From an uncultured bacterium (GTDB lineage Bacteria > Zixibacteria > MSB-5A5 > GN15 > FEB-12), in assembly GCA_965372795.1 (NCBI GenBank), contig CBDVDR010000019.1, forward strand, positions 1 to 64,000: a stretch of 64,000 nt of DNA. Reading direction: 5' to 3'. Made by a program: the position numbers and the translations under genes. This document shows, one piece after another, positions 1-11,300 of this stretch. The stretch's first letter is position 1. The number at the start of each line of letters is the position of its first letter. The notes beneath the pieces are model-generated. The model did no database searches, was not told where the DNA came from, and saw only the letters and a list, made by a program, of their open reading frames with translations.

Positions 1-6
1 AAGTGT

Positions 7-34
7 GAGATTGCTTCGCTTTGCTCGCAATGAC
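7..34. repeat. Short palindromic intergenic element (GAGATTGCTTCGCT..GCTCGCAATGAC, GTCAT-ended type)
   Basis: Resembles the widespread GTCATTGCGAG-type intergenic palindromic repeats; imperfect hairpin ATTGC...GCAAT. Confidence 0.55.
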
Positions 35-69
35 AGGTCGAAGACATAGACACACGAAGTGTGTGCCAT

Positions 70-98
70 AAAAAAAGACAGTCCGCCCAGGCGGACTG
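70..98 (-). terminator. Probable rho-independent terminator for the minus-strand operon ending in the SPFH gene
   Basis: GC-rich inverted repeat CAGTCCGCC/GGCGGACTG (79-98) followed on the minus strand by TC and a T-run (A-run at 70-76). Confidence 0.65.
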
Positions 99-113
99 CC
101 TTGAAAACTTTGT

Positions 114-156
114 GTCGAAACTACAGGCAACCCAGGGTTGGTTAGTTTCGACCTAC
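114..156 (-). repeat. GTAG-type REP-like hairpin
   Basis: GTCGAAACTA...TAGTTTCGAC inverted repeat with inner CAACCC/GGGTTG stem, ending in CTAC (GTAG foot on the minus strand). Confidence 0.6.
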
Positions 157-167
157 TCAATATCAAA

Positions 168-267
168 CTGGATCCCCGTTTTCACGAGGATGACAAAAGG
201 GACGAGAATGACAAAAACGACGAGGATGACAAAAGGGACGAGGATGACAAACACGACGAAGATGTCA
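168..267. repeat. Palindromic element (minus strand GTCATCCTCGTGAAAACGGGGATCCAG) running into about 4.5 tandem 18-bp units ACGAGGATGACAAAAGGG-like
   Basis: Units begin at 184, 202, 220, 238 and 256 (partial); read directly. Confidence 0.85.
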
Positions 268-290
268 TTTATATTGCAATCTCGTTAAAA

Positions 291-1070
291 TCAATCCGAT
301 GGTTTTTTGTTGGTGCGATCCAAAAATGATTCGAGCGACTCAAGCAAATTAATCGGAACCGGGAATATAAGCGTCGAGTTTTTCTCCGCCGCAACCTCGG
401 TCAATGTTTGCAAATACCGCAACTGAATCGCATTTGGCGCTTTCCCGATAATATGCGCCGCCTCGGCAAGTTTCGTCGAAGCCTGGAATTCACCCTCGGC
501 ATGAATAATTTTTGCCCGCCGTTCACGTTCGGCTTCCGCCTGTTTTGCCATCGCACGAGTCATCTCGGGCGGAAGGTCAACATTCTTGACCTCGACCACC
601 GAAACCTTGATTCCCCACGGTTCGGTCTGTTCATCAATAATCTGTTGAAGCTCGGCGTTGATTTTTTCACGTTTTGCCAGAAGGTCATCAAGCTCGACCT
701 GTCCCAAAACCGACCGCAGAGTTGTCTGGGCGATTTGTGAGGTTGCCTCGAAGAAATTTGCCACCGAAACAATAGCGTTGTTGGCATCAACAACCTGAAA
801 ATATAAAACAGCGTTGACCTTGATCGAGACATTGTCTTTGGTAATAACATCCTGTGGCGGCACATCGTAGGTGATAACACGCAAATCGACCCGTACCATT
901 CTATCGATAAGTGGGATAAGAATAATAAGTCCGGGACCTTTCATACCGATCAAACGTCCCAACCGGAACACGACGCCTCGTTCGTATTCTTTGAGGATTT
1001 TGATCATGTTCATAAGCAGCATTATTCCAAAAAAGGCAATAACTGCAATAACCGGCAAACCTCCACCCAT
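291..1070 (-). CDS. SPFH/band-7 (stomatin-like, slipin) membrane protein
   Basis: N-terminal TM helix; [32 protein letters not shown] and LRYLQTL motifs; GGAGG RBS; lies downstream of nfeD as is typical. Confidence 0.95.
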   Translation of the reverse strand: MGGGLPVIAVIAFFGIMLLMNMIKILKEYERGVVFRLGRLIGMKGPGLIILIPLIDRMVRVDLRVITYDVPPQDVITKDNVSIKVNAVLYFQVVDANNAIVSVANFFEATSQIAQTTLRSVLGQVELDDLLAKREKINAELQQIIDEQTEPWGIKVSVVEVKNVDLPPEMTRAMAKQAEAERERRAKIIHAEGEFQASTKLAEAAHIIGKAPNAIQLRYLQTLTEVAAEKNSTLIFPVPINLLESLESFLDRTNKKPSD

Positions 1071-1085
1071 TTTAACCTCCAGTAT

Positions 1086-2459
1086 TTATGAAATATTTTT
1101 TTTGACTTTTAAAACTAATTTATCAACCGCCACAACTTCAACCTCGTCACCAATCGCAAGCTCCTCATCGGATTTGGTTTTCCACAGCGCTCCATCAAGA
1201 TAGACAAACCCTAATTTGCGCATCTCGCCAATTTTCCCGACCATGCCTTCCTGTCCGATAAACGGTCTGTTGCGCGAAGCTTTGATAACCAGATACGCCG
1301 CTCCGCCAGCCGCCAAAGTTACGCAGGCAACAACGGTGATAAGCACCGATATAGAAATTTGCAAATTTGGATCAACGGTATCAATCAACATAAGCCCTCC
1401 CAGGAAAAATGAGATCAAGCCTCCGACAGTTAACAGACCATGACTTATAATTTTGACTTCCGCAATAAACAGCACAATCGCAAGCAGGATCAAAGCCAGT
1501 CCGGCGTAGTTTATTGGAAGTGCCTGAAAAGCATAGAACGCCAAAATCAACGAGATTGCTCCGACCACTCCGGGGAAAATTGCACCCGGGTTGTAAAGTT
1601 CGAGCATTATCCCAAGCGATCCGATTGAGAAAAGAATAAAAGCGATATCGGGTTGAGTTATTATTTCTAAAATTGTATGAACAAAAGAAATTTCAATTTT
1701 GATAGTTTTGGTTTTCTTAAGATTCATAACATGAGTTTTTTTAGGAAGTTCAGTTTCTTTACCGTCAATCTGAGCCAGTAAATCTTCAAGGTCATCAGCT
1801 TTGAAATCGATCACATTCAGTTCAAGCGCTTCATTGACAGTTATCGAAACGGATTCGCGAACAGCCGACTCAGCCCACTCGGCGTTTCGTCCGCGTTTTT
1901 GGGCGGCAGCTTTGATTTGGGCAACAGCATCGTTGGTGATTTTTTCATTCATCACCGAATCAATTTCCTGTCCCCCGCCTCCTACCGGATGGGCGGCACC
2001 GATGTTGGTAGATGGTGCCATAGCCGCAAAGTGGGCGGCATAAGTCATATACACTCCGGCAGAACCGGCACGGGCGCCAGATGGGGCGATGTACATACAA
2101 ACCGGAACGGGCGAGTTGAGAAGTTTTTTATTGATAGCCCAGGTCGGTTTGGTGAATCCTCCGGGAGTATCAAGGAAAATCACAAGAAGTTCAGCGCCAT
2201 CCTCTTCGCACCGTTCGATTGCCAGCCCGATGCGGTCATTGGTGACGGTTCCGATTGGTCCATTAATTTCCATAGTGTAAACTAATGAACGGCGATTGTC
2301 TTTTTCGTGATTCTCGATGACTTCGGAAAGAGTTGTGTCGGGTGGCTCTGCTTTATCTTCAGCTACAACATTATTTATAGTAAAAGATAATATTGGGCTT
2401 AACATCAAAAAGCAGATCAGGACAAACAGAACAGATTTCATTTTTTTTTTATTCTGCAT
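1086..2459 (-). CDS. nfeD: NfeD family membrane-bound ClpP-class serine protease
   Basis: LDTPGG, ARAGSAG and TNIGAAHPV motifs, TM domain and C-terminal OB-like domain (GALWK). Start could be the ATG at 2441. Confidence 0.93.
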   Translation of the reverse strand: MQNKKKMKSVLFVLICFLMLSPILSFTINNVVAEDKAEPPDTTLSEVIENHEKDNRRSLVYTMEINGPIGTVTNDRIGLAIERCEEDGAELLVIFLDTPGGFTKPTWAINKKLLNSPVPVCMYIAPSGARAGSAGVYMTYAAHFAAMAPSTNIGAAHPVGGGGQEIDSVMNEKITNDAVAQIKAAAQKRGRNAEWAESAVRESVSITVNEALELNVIDFKADDLEDLLAQIDGKETELPKKTHVMNLKKTKTIKIEISFVHTILEIITQPDIAFILFSIGSLGIMLELYNPGAIFPGVVGAISLILAFYAFQALPINYAGLALILLAIVLFIAEVKIISHGLLTVGGLISFFLGGLMLIDTVDPNLQISISVLITVVACVTLAAGGAAYLVIKASRNRPFIGQEGMVGKIGEMRKLGFVYLDGALWKTKSDEELAIGDEVEVVAVDKLVLKVKKNIS

Positions 2460-2509
2460 AGTGTTAAATCCTGTTAAATTATTATATTGCTAATCCAGTA
2501 TAAGATTAT

Positions 2510-4114
2510 TTAAAACTCTCTACAACTATAAACGTAATGAATATTCGAATATTTAACTTTACCGTCAACAATCGTTAATAAAACTTTGGTTTTATCAATT
2601 TTTGATGCCGCAACTTTGCAAATATCCTGCGACAACACGACAAAATCAGCCGGATATCCGGGTAGTAAGTAACCCCGACAATGTTCCTGACCAGCGGCAT
2701 AAGCCGAACCGACAGTGTAATTGTATAATGATTGTTCTGCAGTCAGTCGTTGTTCTTTATAGAAGACATCGTTACTGTTGGGTTTTGCTCTGCGTACTGC
2801 TGCGGCAATACCACTGATCGGGTCAAGCGGTTCAATTGGCGCATCAGAGCCAAAAGCAAGCGGGATATTTTTGTCGGTCAGGGTTTTGAAAACAAAAGCA
2901 TTGGCACCGCGTTCACCCCAGTATTTACGAATCATTTTAATATCAGAGGGACAATGCGAGGGCTGCATTGAGGCAGTAATTTCCATCTCTTTGATACGCT
3001 TTAAATCTTTTTTTCGTACTAATTGAAGATGTTCAATTCTGTGCCTGGCTCCGAAACTTGGTTTTGGAATGCCTTCAAAAGCATCAAGAACATTAGCCAC
3101 AGCTTTATCGCCGATAGCATGAATGGCGCAAGGCATATTCAATTTCCCGGCACTTTTAATAATTTTCTTCATTGCCTTTATGTTGGTTACTTCAATGCCG
3201 TAATTATTTTTGGTCCCGATATATTTATTAAAACATAATCCGGTTTTACTCCCCAGGGCACCATCGGCGAAGACTTTAATTCCAGCAATCCGAAAGAAAT
3301 CATTGCCCATTCCGTAATAAATTTTCTGCTCCAGAAGCATTGGCAGTTTGTCAGCCTGGAAATAATAATTCATTCTTAATCCGAGCTTGCCTTTTTCAGC
3401 GAGACTTGTAAAAAATTCAAAAACGCCTTTAGTATCGTCAAAAGAATGAACTCCGGTGACTCCTTTTTGATATGCAAATTCAAGAGCCTGTTTGAAACAA
3501 TCTTTTATTACTGCATTTGATGGTTGGGGAATCATAAAATAAATAAGACCGAAGGCGGGTTTTTCTCTAAGAATACCGCTGGGAGTTCCATCATCAAAAT
3601 GTTCAATCCTACCACCGTCAAGGGCTTTGGTATTAGAGTCAATTTTTGCCAGTTCAAGAGCTTTGCTGTTTACCCAGGCGGAATGTTGATCTTTTGAAAA
3701 GAAAAATGCCGGTCTTCCGCCGGTAACTTTATCAAGCATCAACCTATCCGGTTCTACAAATTTTTTGAAACGGTCAGGCGCGTAACCTTCACCAACGACC
3801 CATTCGTTTTTCTTTAGTTTTGAAGCAAACTGTTTTATTTTTTTTAAACAGGCTTCGATTGATTCGAGACCATCAAGTGAGACTCTTCTGAATGAGAGCG
3901 CAAAATAATAGAAATGCGTATGAGCATCTACCAGACCGGGGATTACAGTTTTACCTTTTAAATTAATTTGGTCATACTTTTTAAAATCTTCATCATGTTC
4001 AAGATTGTTGCCTATCGCTGCAATTTTGTTTTTGTAGAGCGCCATAGAGTTTACAACCAGACCATCTGCCTGGGTGTATATCTTTGTATTATATAAAAGT
4101 GTCTTAGCTTTCAA
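2510..4114 (-). CDS. Amidohydrolase family 3 (YtcJ-like) metal-dependent hydrolase
   Basis: PGLVDAHTH, KVFADGALGS, HAIGD, RIEH, FGSDAP and GYPADFVVL motifs; start overlaps the selB stop. Confidence 0.9.
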   Translation of the reverse strand: MKAKTLLYNTKIYTQADGLVVNSMALYKNKIAAIGNNLEHDEDFKKYDQINLKGKTVIPGLVDAHTHFYYFALSFRRVSLDGLESIEACLKKIKQFASKLKKNEWVVGEGYAPDRFKKFVEPDRLMLDKVTGGRPAFFFSKDQHSAWVNSKALELAKIDSNTKALDGGRIEHFDDGTPSGILREKPAFGLIYFMIPQPSNAVIKDCFKQALEFAYQKGVTGVHSFDDTKGVFEFFTSLAEKGKLGLRMNYYFQADKLPMLLEQKIYYGMGNDFFRIAGIKVFADGALGSKTGLCFNKYIGTKNNYGIEVTNIKAMKKIIKSAGKLNMPCAIHAIGDKAVANVLDAFEGIPKPSFGARHRIEHLQLVRKKDLKRIKEMEITASMQPSHCPSDIKMIRKYWGERGANAFVFKTLTDKNIPLAFGSDAPIEPLDPISGIAAAVRRAKPNSNDVFYKEQRLTAEQSLYNYTVGSAYAAGQEHCRGYLLPGYPADFVVLSQDICKVAASKIDKTKVLLTIVDGKVKYSNIHYVYSCREF

Positions 4115-5993
4115 ACCGATCTCCCTTCACTCGTCTATCACCATCCCGATGAGTAATTTTAAGTCTATCCGTTTCTTCCAAAATTGGGATAACAAATTTA
4201 CGTGAAAATCCAAATTTATCTTTTAAATCACTAACCACTAATTGATCCTTTTCTGTAAGGAAAATTTTAATAAAATCTAAAATCTCTGTCCACACATCGG
4301 ACAAAAATAAAAATTCTGTTCCGCATTTATATCCTTCACCCGTCTCAAGGATAAATTTTATCGCTTCTCTATATTGCTTGCCTCCTGATGATAATTGAGC
4401 CAGCTTTGGAGGTGCGAATCGTTCCTTTTTCAGCTCTGACATAATATAGTCATACGCTTTTTTAACATCACCTTTTATACTGAGTCCAAGTCCGGCAATA
4501 TTGTATTTATCTCCTAATGATACCATCTCTTCAGTTGCTACCAGATAATTTATTATAATCTGAGTATTTGTCTTTGGGATATTTATCAAGCGGGTGATCT
4601 CTTCAAGTGACAATCCTTTTAGATGAGGTTTTTCTTTTAGAAAAAGTTTGATTGTATCAATATATTGTGATGTTTTATTCTTAAAATATTCAACATGGAA
4701 TATTTGATGTTCGTATTTTCCAATAATTTTTTCTTTAATCAATTTTCTAATCGCATCCTGTATTTCCTGATGAGAGAAATCAGTTCGAAAGAGGAAATTT
4801 TGCTGGGGTGCAATAATTGTTTTTTTCAGTTCTGAAACAACCAACGATTCGATTTTATCATCAAGCCTATCTTCAAGATATTCCAATGATTCATGTTCTT
4901 TTTTGCGCGGAATCTTCGTAAAATAATCAAGAACTTTGCCGCCCCCCAAAGTTACCATCGGAGTTGGCAGTCTCATAATAAACCGATCCCCTACCGATGT
5001 TAATGACGGATTATCCGGTTTAAAAAACAGAATACCATTCTCACCGGGGTTTATCTGTCTGGTTTTAAAAAGTCTGACCTCCCCCTCGACTTCAGTTGTG
5101 CCTATGATAACAAGAACTTTTCTTCGATCTGAAATCACAACCGGAGAGTCAGGAAGCAGTTCAATCGACAACGCCAGAATAGGGTGGTCCTGATAAAAGG
5201 TCAGATCTTTTTCACCGCTGATGACGCCGCCTCGGACAAGATCATCCTTATCAAGTCCGGTCAGAGACATTGCCGTTCTTTGTCCCGGTACAGCGGTTTC
5301 CACTTCTATAGAATTTGACTGGGTGGTTCTAATTTTGGCATTAACCGATGAGGGCCATACAGAAACAACCTGCCCGACAGACAGATCACCGCCGCGAAGA
5401 GTTCCCGTTACTACCTGACCTATACCCTGTCTGATAAATGATCGATCAATATATAATCGTGGTTTTCCAATATCTTTTCTTGCCGAAGCGACATTGGATA
5501 TTTCTTCTAAAGTGACTTTTAAGTTATCAAAGCCTTCGCCTGTTTGAGCAGAGATAGGAACAATTGGAGTATCTTCAAGAAACGATCCGGCAACTTTTTG
5601 TTTGATGTCCTGTTTCAGAAGGTCGATCCAGTCCGGTTCTACCAGATCAATTTTATTTATAACGATTAATCCGGTTTTAATTCCGAGCAACCTGACGATT
5701 TGAAAATGTTCTTCACTTTGAGGCATCCAGCCATCATCGGCGGCAATAACAAGCATGACAGCATCAATTCCTCCCGCTCCGGCAATCATATTACGAACAA
5801 ATCTTTCGTGACCGGGCACATCAACAAACGCCATCTGAAAGCTTTCAGATTTATCTAAGAAGGCAAAACCAAGATCAATAGTCATGCCTCTTTTTTTTTC
5901 TTCTGGTAAACGATCCGGATCAGTGCCGGTTAGACGTTTTATTATTGCTGATTTGCCATGGTCGATATGTCCTGCGGTTCCTATTATAATCAT
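4104..5993 (-). CDS. selB: Selenocysteine-specific translation elongation factor SelB
   Basis: IIGTAGHIDHGKS, RGMTIDLGFA, DVPGHERF and NKID G-domain motifs; C-terminal winged-helix SRKFVIPILE..D; directly follows selA. Confidence 0.97.
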   Translation of the reverse strand: MIIIGTAGHIDHGKSAIIKRLTGTDPDRLPEEKKRGMTIDLGFAFLDKSESFQMAFVDVPGHERFVRNMIAGAGGIDAVMLVIAADDGWMPQSEEHFQIVRLLGIKTGLIVINKIDLVEPDWIDLLKQDIKQKVAGSFLEDTPIVPISAQTGEGFDNLKVTLEEISNVASARKDIGKPRLYIDRSFIRQGIGQVVTGTLRGGDLSVGQVVSVWPSSVNAKIRTTQSNSIEVETAVPGQRTAMSLTGLDKDDLVRGGVISGEKDLTFYQDHPILALSIELLPDSPVVISDRRKVLVIIGTTEVEGEVRLFKTRQINPGENGILFFKPDNPSLTSVGDRFIMRLPTPMVTLGGGKVLDYFTKIPRKKEHESLEYLEDRLDDKIESLVVSELKKTIIAPQQNFLFRTDFSHQEIQDAIRKLIKEKIIGKYEHQIFHVEYFKNKTSQYIDTIKLFLKEKPHLKGLSLEEITRLINIPKTNTQIIINYLVATEEMVSLGDKYNIAGLGLSIKGDVKKAYDYIMSELKKERFAPPKLAQLSSGGKQYREAIKFILETGEGYKCGTEFLFLSDVWTEILDFIKIFLTEKDQLVVSDLKDKFGFSRKFVIPILEETDRLKITHRDGDRRVKGDRFES

Positions 5994-7372
5994 AATGATT
6001 TAAGAATAGCTTTTATTGCTTCAGTAATTACTGAAATTTCTTCCGGATCAACGGCTTTGAGATCAAGCATGAATCGGTCATTTTCAATTCTACCGATTAT
6101 CGGGGTTGGAAGGGCTCTGAATTTTTTTAAGAGGAGATTGGGTTTGTAATCAGCAGAGAAAATCAGCGCCACCGATGGGATATCCGATTCCGGTAAAGCA
6201 CCGCCACCTACAAATCCTTTGCTTGCTTCGACTGACAAAGAGGTTGGACTGCCAAGTTCTTGGTGAATTTTTTTACCTCTTTTATATAATTCCGATTCAG
6301 TGGTGGAAAGAATTTTCCAGAGCTTGATATCTTTTTCATAAGTTCCGTCAAGGTAGATTCTTAACAGTTTTTCCAACATCGAAAAAACCAGCTTATCAAC
6401 TCGCATGGTGCGGAACAACTGATTCTTTTTAATTTTTATAACCAGTTCTTTTTTACCGACAATCAGACCTGCCTGAGTTCCACCCAGCATTTTATCGCCA
6501 GAGAAACAGGTCAGATCAGCACCTTGCCTGACTGATTGTTGAACCGTTGGTTCTTTGTAACCTAAAATTTCTTTTGTATCAATAAAGACGCCGCTGCCAA
6601 GATCATTGACAACCGGGATAGAATATTTTTTTCCCAGTTTCACCAAATCTTTTATATCCGGCTGATCGACAAAACCTTTTTGAACAAAATTGCTTTGATG
6701 AACCTTGAGAATTAAACCGGTTTTATCATCAATTTCATTTTCATAATCGGCAATGGTTGTAATATTGGTTGAGCCAACCTCACAAAGTTTTGCACCTGAT
6801 TTTTTCAAAATATCCGGGATGCGAAAGCCGCCGCCAATTTGGACGAGTTCCGAACGGGAAATTATAACTTTCTTACGATTTGATAAGGTATTCAGAATTA
6901 AAAACAAAGCCGCCGCACAGTTGTTGACAACGGTTGCACTTTCGGCACCTGACAACAATGTCAGATAGTTTTCACAGGCTTCCCCCCGGTTGCCTCTGGT
7001 GCCGCCGCCGGTATCGTATTCAATATTGCCATAACCGATTACCGTTTGTTTGACTTCATCAAATAATTTATCACTAAGCGGGGCTCGACCCAGATTGGTA
7101 TGCACAACCACTCCGGTTGCATTGATAACTTTTGAAATCTCGGTTCGTTTTACATTTTCAAGGGTTGATTTGATGCGATCAAGAATTGATGTAATTGTAA
7201 GTTCATTCCTGGTTGCGGTGAATTCCTTTTTACAAGCCTTAACGGTTTCTTTCACTATTTCTGAGGCATACGCTCGTGGCAAGGCAGCAATAGAAGAAGC
7301 TAATATTTTATTTTGCAACAATTCTTCAACAGAAGGAAAGTCGCGCAGTTCGGTTATTATTTTATTTCCCAT
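5990..7372 (-). CDS. selA: L-seryl-tRNA(Sec) selenium transferase
   Basis: VINATGVVVHTNLGRAPL, VNNCAAA, ELVQIGGGFRIPD and PLP-lysine FSGDKMLGG motifs. Confidence 0.97.
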   Translation of the reverse strand: MGNKIITELRDFPSVEELLQNKILASSIAALPRAYASEIVKETVKACKKEFTATRNELTITSILDRIKSTLENVKRTEISKVINATGVVVHTNLGRAPLSDKLFDEVKQTVIGYGNIEYDTGGGTRGNRGEACENYLTLLSGAESATVVNNCAAALFLILNTLSNRKKVIISRSELVQIGGGFRIPDILKKSGAKLCEVGSTNITTIADYENEIDDKTGLILKVHQSNFVQKGFVDQPDIKDLVKLGKKYSIPVVNDLGSGVFIDTKEILGYKEPTVQQSVRQGADLTCFSGDKMLGGTQAGLIVGKKELVIKIKKNQLFRTMRVDKLVFSMLEKLLRIYLDGTYEKDIKLWKILSTTESELYKRGKKIHQELGSPTSLSVEASKGFVGGGALPESDIPSVALIFSADYKPNLLLKKFRALPTPIIGRIENDRFMLDLKAVDPEEISVITEAIKAILKSL

Positions 7373-8283
7373 AATGATTTATTATATATAATTTCTGCTA
7401 AAATTACTCCAACATTTTTAAGCGACTCAGCTGAACATTTATCCGGGGTGTCTTCTTCGGTATGCCAATAAGCATAATCAAAATCTATTATATCAACCGC
7501 CGGAACACCAGCGGCAATTATTGGAAGATGGTCATCCATTATTTCATGTTTGGTTGAATCTATAAAAGTCTTTATCCCTTTTTGGGCGGCTATTTTCCAA
7601 ATCAAATCATTAAGCGGTTTATTATATTTCTCGGAATATTTTTCACGATAAAAATTCTGGTCTTTATCACCCACCATATCAATGACAATAGCAAAGTCAT
7701 ATTTTCCTCGAATACCCTGTTGAGCAAATTTTTTGGACCCTAACAGATAATAGTCACTATGCCCGGGCTTTCCCCAATCTTCACCATCAACAAATAATAA
7801 AGCAACATTCCCAGGTGGTTTGTCAGTTGACATCATAGCCGCTAATTCCATAAGTACAGCGACACCTGAAGCTCCATCGTTGGCACCATCAATCGGTTGA
7901 ATTTGCAGTTCGGGAGTTGAGGCGTATTCTCCACGAGGTCGTGAATCATAATGAGCAATCAAAAGAATTGTATGGCTGGTATCAACCGTTCCTTTAACAG
8001 TAGCAATAACATTTACAAGGGGGATTTCGGTTTTGGAATAGGGGTCAAGGAACGAAGTCTTTTGAGAATCTACTTTAATACCAAGTGAATCAAAATAGTT
8101 GTAATAGAAGTTTCGGCAATTTTCAGATGATTCCGAACCGGGTACGCGCGGTCCGAAGTCGACTTGTTTTTCAAGGAAGCTCAGAGCCCTTTCGCCATCA
8201 AAATCGGGAGGTTGTACATAAATTTCGGAACATCCGGAAATTAAAATAATTGATAATAATATAGTTAAGATTAAATATTTCAT
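7357..8283 (-). CDS. M28 family peptidase / glutaminyl cyclase-like lipoprotein
   Basis: Lipobox ISGC; FGPRVPGS, AHYDSR, GANDGASGVAVLME, DGED, DMVGD, DDH and YWHT motifs. Confidence 0.88.
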   Translation of the reverse strand: MKYLILTILLSIILISGCSEIYVQPPDFDGERALSFLEKQVDFGPRVPGSESSENCRNFYYNYFDSLGIKVDSQKTSFLDPYSKTEIPLVNVIATVKGTVDTSHTILLIAHYDSRPRGEYASTPELQIQPIDGANDGASGVAVLMELAAMMSTDKPPGNVALLFVDGEDWGKPGHSDYYLLGSKKFAQQGIRGKYDFAIVIDMVGDKDQNFYREKYSEKYNKPLNDLIWKIAAQKGIKTFIDSTKHEIMDDHLPIIAAGVPAVDIIDFDYAYWHTEEDTPDKCSAESLKNVGVILAEIIYNKSLWEIK

Positions 8284-8326
8284 TATATGACAAGAATATA
8301 TTTATCAACACTTAAGTCAATGAAAT

Positions 8327-11300
8327 TTAAAAATGAATTTCAGTCCAGATTTGAATTTCTCTAACATGATTCGTGGAACCACGGCGCCTATCCTGGGTAT
8401 CCTGCCAACGACCGGTTATACCGCCTCGTATCTGGGATGAGAATTGATATGTTATTTTTGGAGAAATTGACATATCTGATTTATCACTACTGGCTACAAA
8501 TGGTTTGTCTTTTTGAGCGGTTTCGCTTAAGGTGACATTATATTTTACATTTAACTCAATAGATGCCGTTGATTTGAATTTTAATTTACCAATTAACGGG
8601 ATTGTTATTCCGCCGGGTGATGAGAACGAAAATTTCGTCGTCACAGCAATTGATTTTTTATTAGAGCGAGTTTCTGATCTGAATTCACCGTTAGTTTGAT
8701 TAAATTTTTCACCTGAATTTTTTGTTAATGAATACGATCCCGACATCGACAACGAACGAATAAGCTTAAAGTTGATTGAGATTAACGGTTTGAAATTTTG
8801 TACAATAGACCTGTCAACCGTGAAACTGCCATCAAGATTTGTTCGTTCTTTAACTTGACGGTTATATCCGGTTCTGGGTGCAAAAATATCAATCAGTTTA
8901 TTTACAACCGGTTTCAACAATGGCAAAGTTTTGAATTTTTGAATCCTGATTGATAGATCAGGCCAGCTTCGAGAACTATTTTCATAACGAGGTCCGACAG
9001 AGATCAGATCACGATTAAGAGATTCTTTAAAACGGACATCGGTTTTAAAGCCGCCCAACAAAGTAAATCCTGAAGACAGGCTATATGATTCAGACTCAGA
9101 AGAGCTGGGATTTCTATTTTGAGAGATCATGCCCAGTTCGCCCGGATCATCAATAAACCCAAAACGATATTTCAAACCAGGCCGAATTGTAATTCCCGGA
9201 ATTGAGTTTTTAAACGAGATATCATATTTATATTGGAATGGATTTATCCAACCGGTTAAGAATCGCATCACTGCCAAAGGAGGATCATAGAAAGGACGTT
9301 TTTTCTTCTCCGACTGCTTGGCTCCGCCTCCGCGAACATTTGTGCGACCTCGTCCTCTAAACCTTCTCCCACCGCTTGCGCCTGATCCTCCTCCACCGAA
9401 TAACTGCATATGGTTAAAATTACCGCTAATGCCTACTGCTCTTTGAAGATTTGAACGATACGATTCAAACGATTTATCATAATTTTCATTATAGGATGAA
9501 TTAAAACCGAATGAGGTAGTAAAGAAATTGAGTAATTTAGGATCGTAATTTGCAGAAAAACTGTGTTGGAAAATGGTTTCTAATCCGAGCCTTAAATCGC
9601 TAATTGAAATTTTAACCTTGTTGATATCACTCAAGTCCCTGACAGTTTTATATCTAAATCCGGTTTTGAAATTTTCAAATAGTGAGTATGAAAGGTCTGC
9701 TGATCCGGTAAAACTTCTTCTAAAGGTTGTAATTCTATTTAATTTAATATCATCGGTGATTGTTAAACTGCGATTAAAATCACCATTGATTGTAAATTTG
9801 GATGGATATAAACCAAGTTTTGAATTTGAAGCTTTTTTAGCAATAGGAATCCACTTGGTCCAGAAGAATATTGGAATAGCCAGTGGTTTTTTAATGCCAA
9901 AATCAAAACCTGACCTTATTGTAATATTTTCTCCATACTGATATGGAGTGATAACTGCTTTACGGGTTGATATCCCATAAGAAAAAGTAGTGTTTCTTAT
10001 TCTGTTTAACAATATATTAAACAGAGGGTTGTTACCCTTGTGATTAAATGATAAACCACTGACACTAAATTTTTTCGATTCGCTAATCGTTTCTTCTTCT
10101 TTTCTTATAGCTTCGGGCAATAGAATATCAGTTCCATTTCTAAGTAATGGTATTCTCTGCTGTTTAGAATAATTATACCTCAATGGAATTTTTGCATTCC
10201 ATGATCTTGGTAAAAATTTATGTAAATTAAGCGCAACACTGTAATTCATCGAGGTCTCAGTTTGGCCACTGCCAAGATTCTGGTCGGACCCGCCTCGGGT
10301 AGCGCTTGAGATGCCCCTAAAATATGGATCTTTGGTTTGATAAGTAAAATTATAATTTATTAAATCAGCAATCGTTCCATTCGTTGAGATCCTTGCAGCT
10401 GATCCGACATCCCGTCTGACATCGGTTACCCGTAACTCATCGAGCCATATTTCACCAGAGACATTGACAGTGTCATCTCCGGCATGTTCAGAATTGCGAT
10501 TTACAACCCCAACGCTAAAGAACCTTATTTCATTTAAATTAGGATTTCCTACTACTCGATATTTTCCACTTGTAACATCAAGGTTAGTTCTCCTTCCTTC
10601 TGCTCGAAGTACAGAGTCCTTAATGGATGTTAAGTCCTGGAAATTAATATCAATCCAATTTATCTCATCCCATTCAAATGATTTCATTAAATACGATTGG
10701 TGTTCATAGAAGTTTAGTTGATCTCGTCCAATGCGGAAAAAGAATTCAACGCTATCTGAACTTTCAGACAATTCTTTGACATTAACATACATCTTCATTT
10801 TCCGATAGCCGGAATATTGATCAACCGTAATCAGTTCTTTAACAGCCATGGCTGTATCTAAATATTGAAGCGAGTCAAATTTAAATAATAAGCCTCTTTG
10901 CGGTTCAATAACATTATAAGTAGGATCTTTGTAAGCTTGCACTCCGGGAGGGGGTCTGAAAGTGCCATCTTCGGTACTAATCGTTGCCACGGTCAATTTG
11001 GTAGCTTGATTTGAAATTGGAGAATAAATAACCGTATCCTGCCAGTTTGACTGGACAAAATACCAGGCTGCAATTTCAACTGTATCTTGTGTGCTTTGAG
11101 TTGAATCGGCTTCAAACCAGACTCTGACGTGAGTTATTTGTTCCCAGTTAGGTTCAATCGATGTTTCGACAACCGATTTAATGACTTCCGGATCTCGGAT
11201 GGGGATACGGTATGTTAACCAACCATTTTTATATGAACTATCAATCACAAACTGATTATTAGCCAGATCAATTTCAGCTGAGAAATAAGAATTAATAGTG

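Noticed and set aside
184..267. Possible CRISPR array
   Set aside because: The period is only 18 bp with no unique 25-45 bp spacers, and there are no cas genes in the window.
61..329. ORFs 61-288 and 138-329 with repetitive peptides (RMTK.. / EDDK..)
   Set aside because: They are translations of the palindromes and the 18-bp tandem repeat; no RBS is visible.
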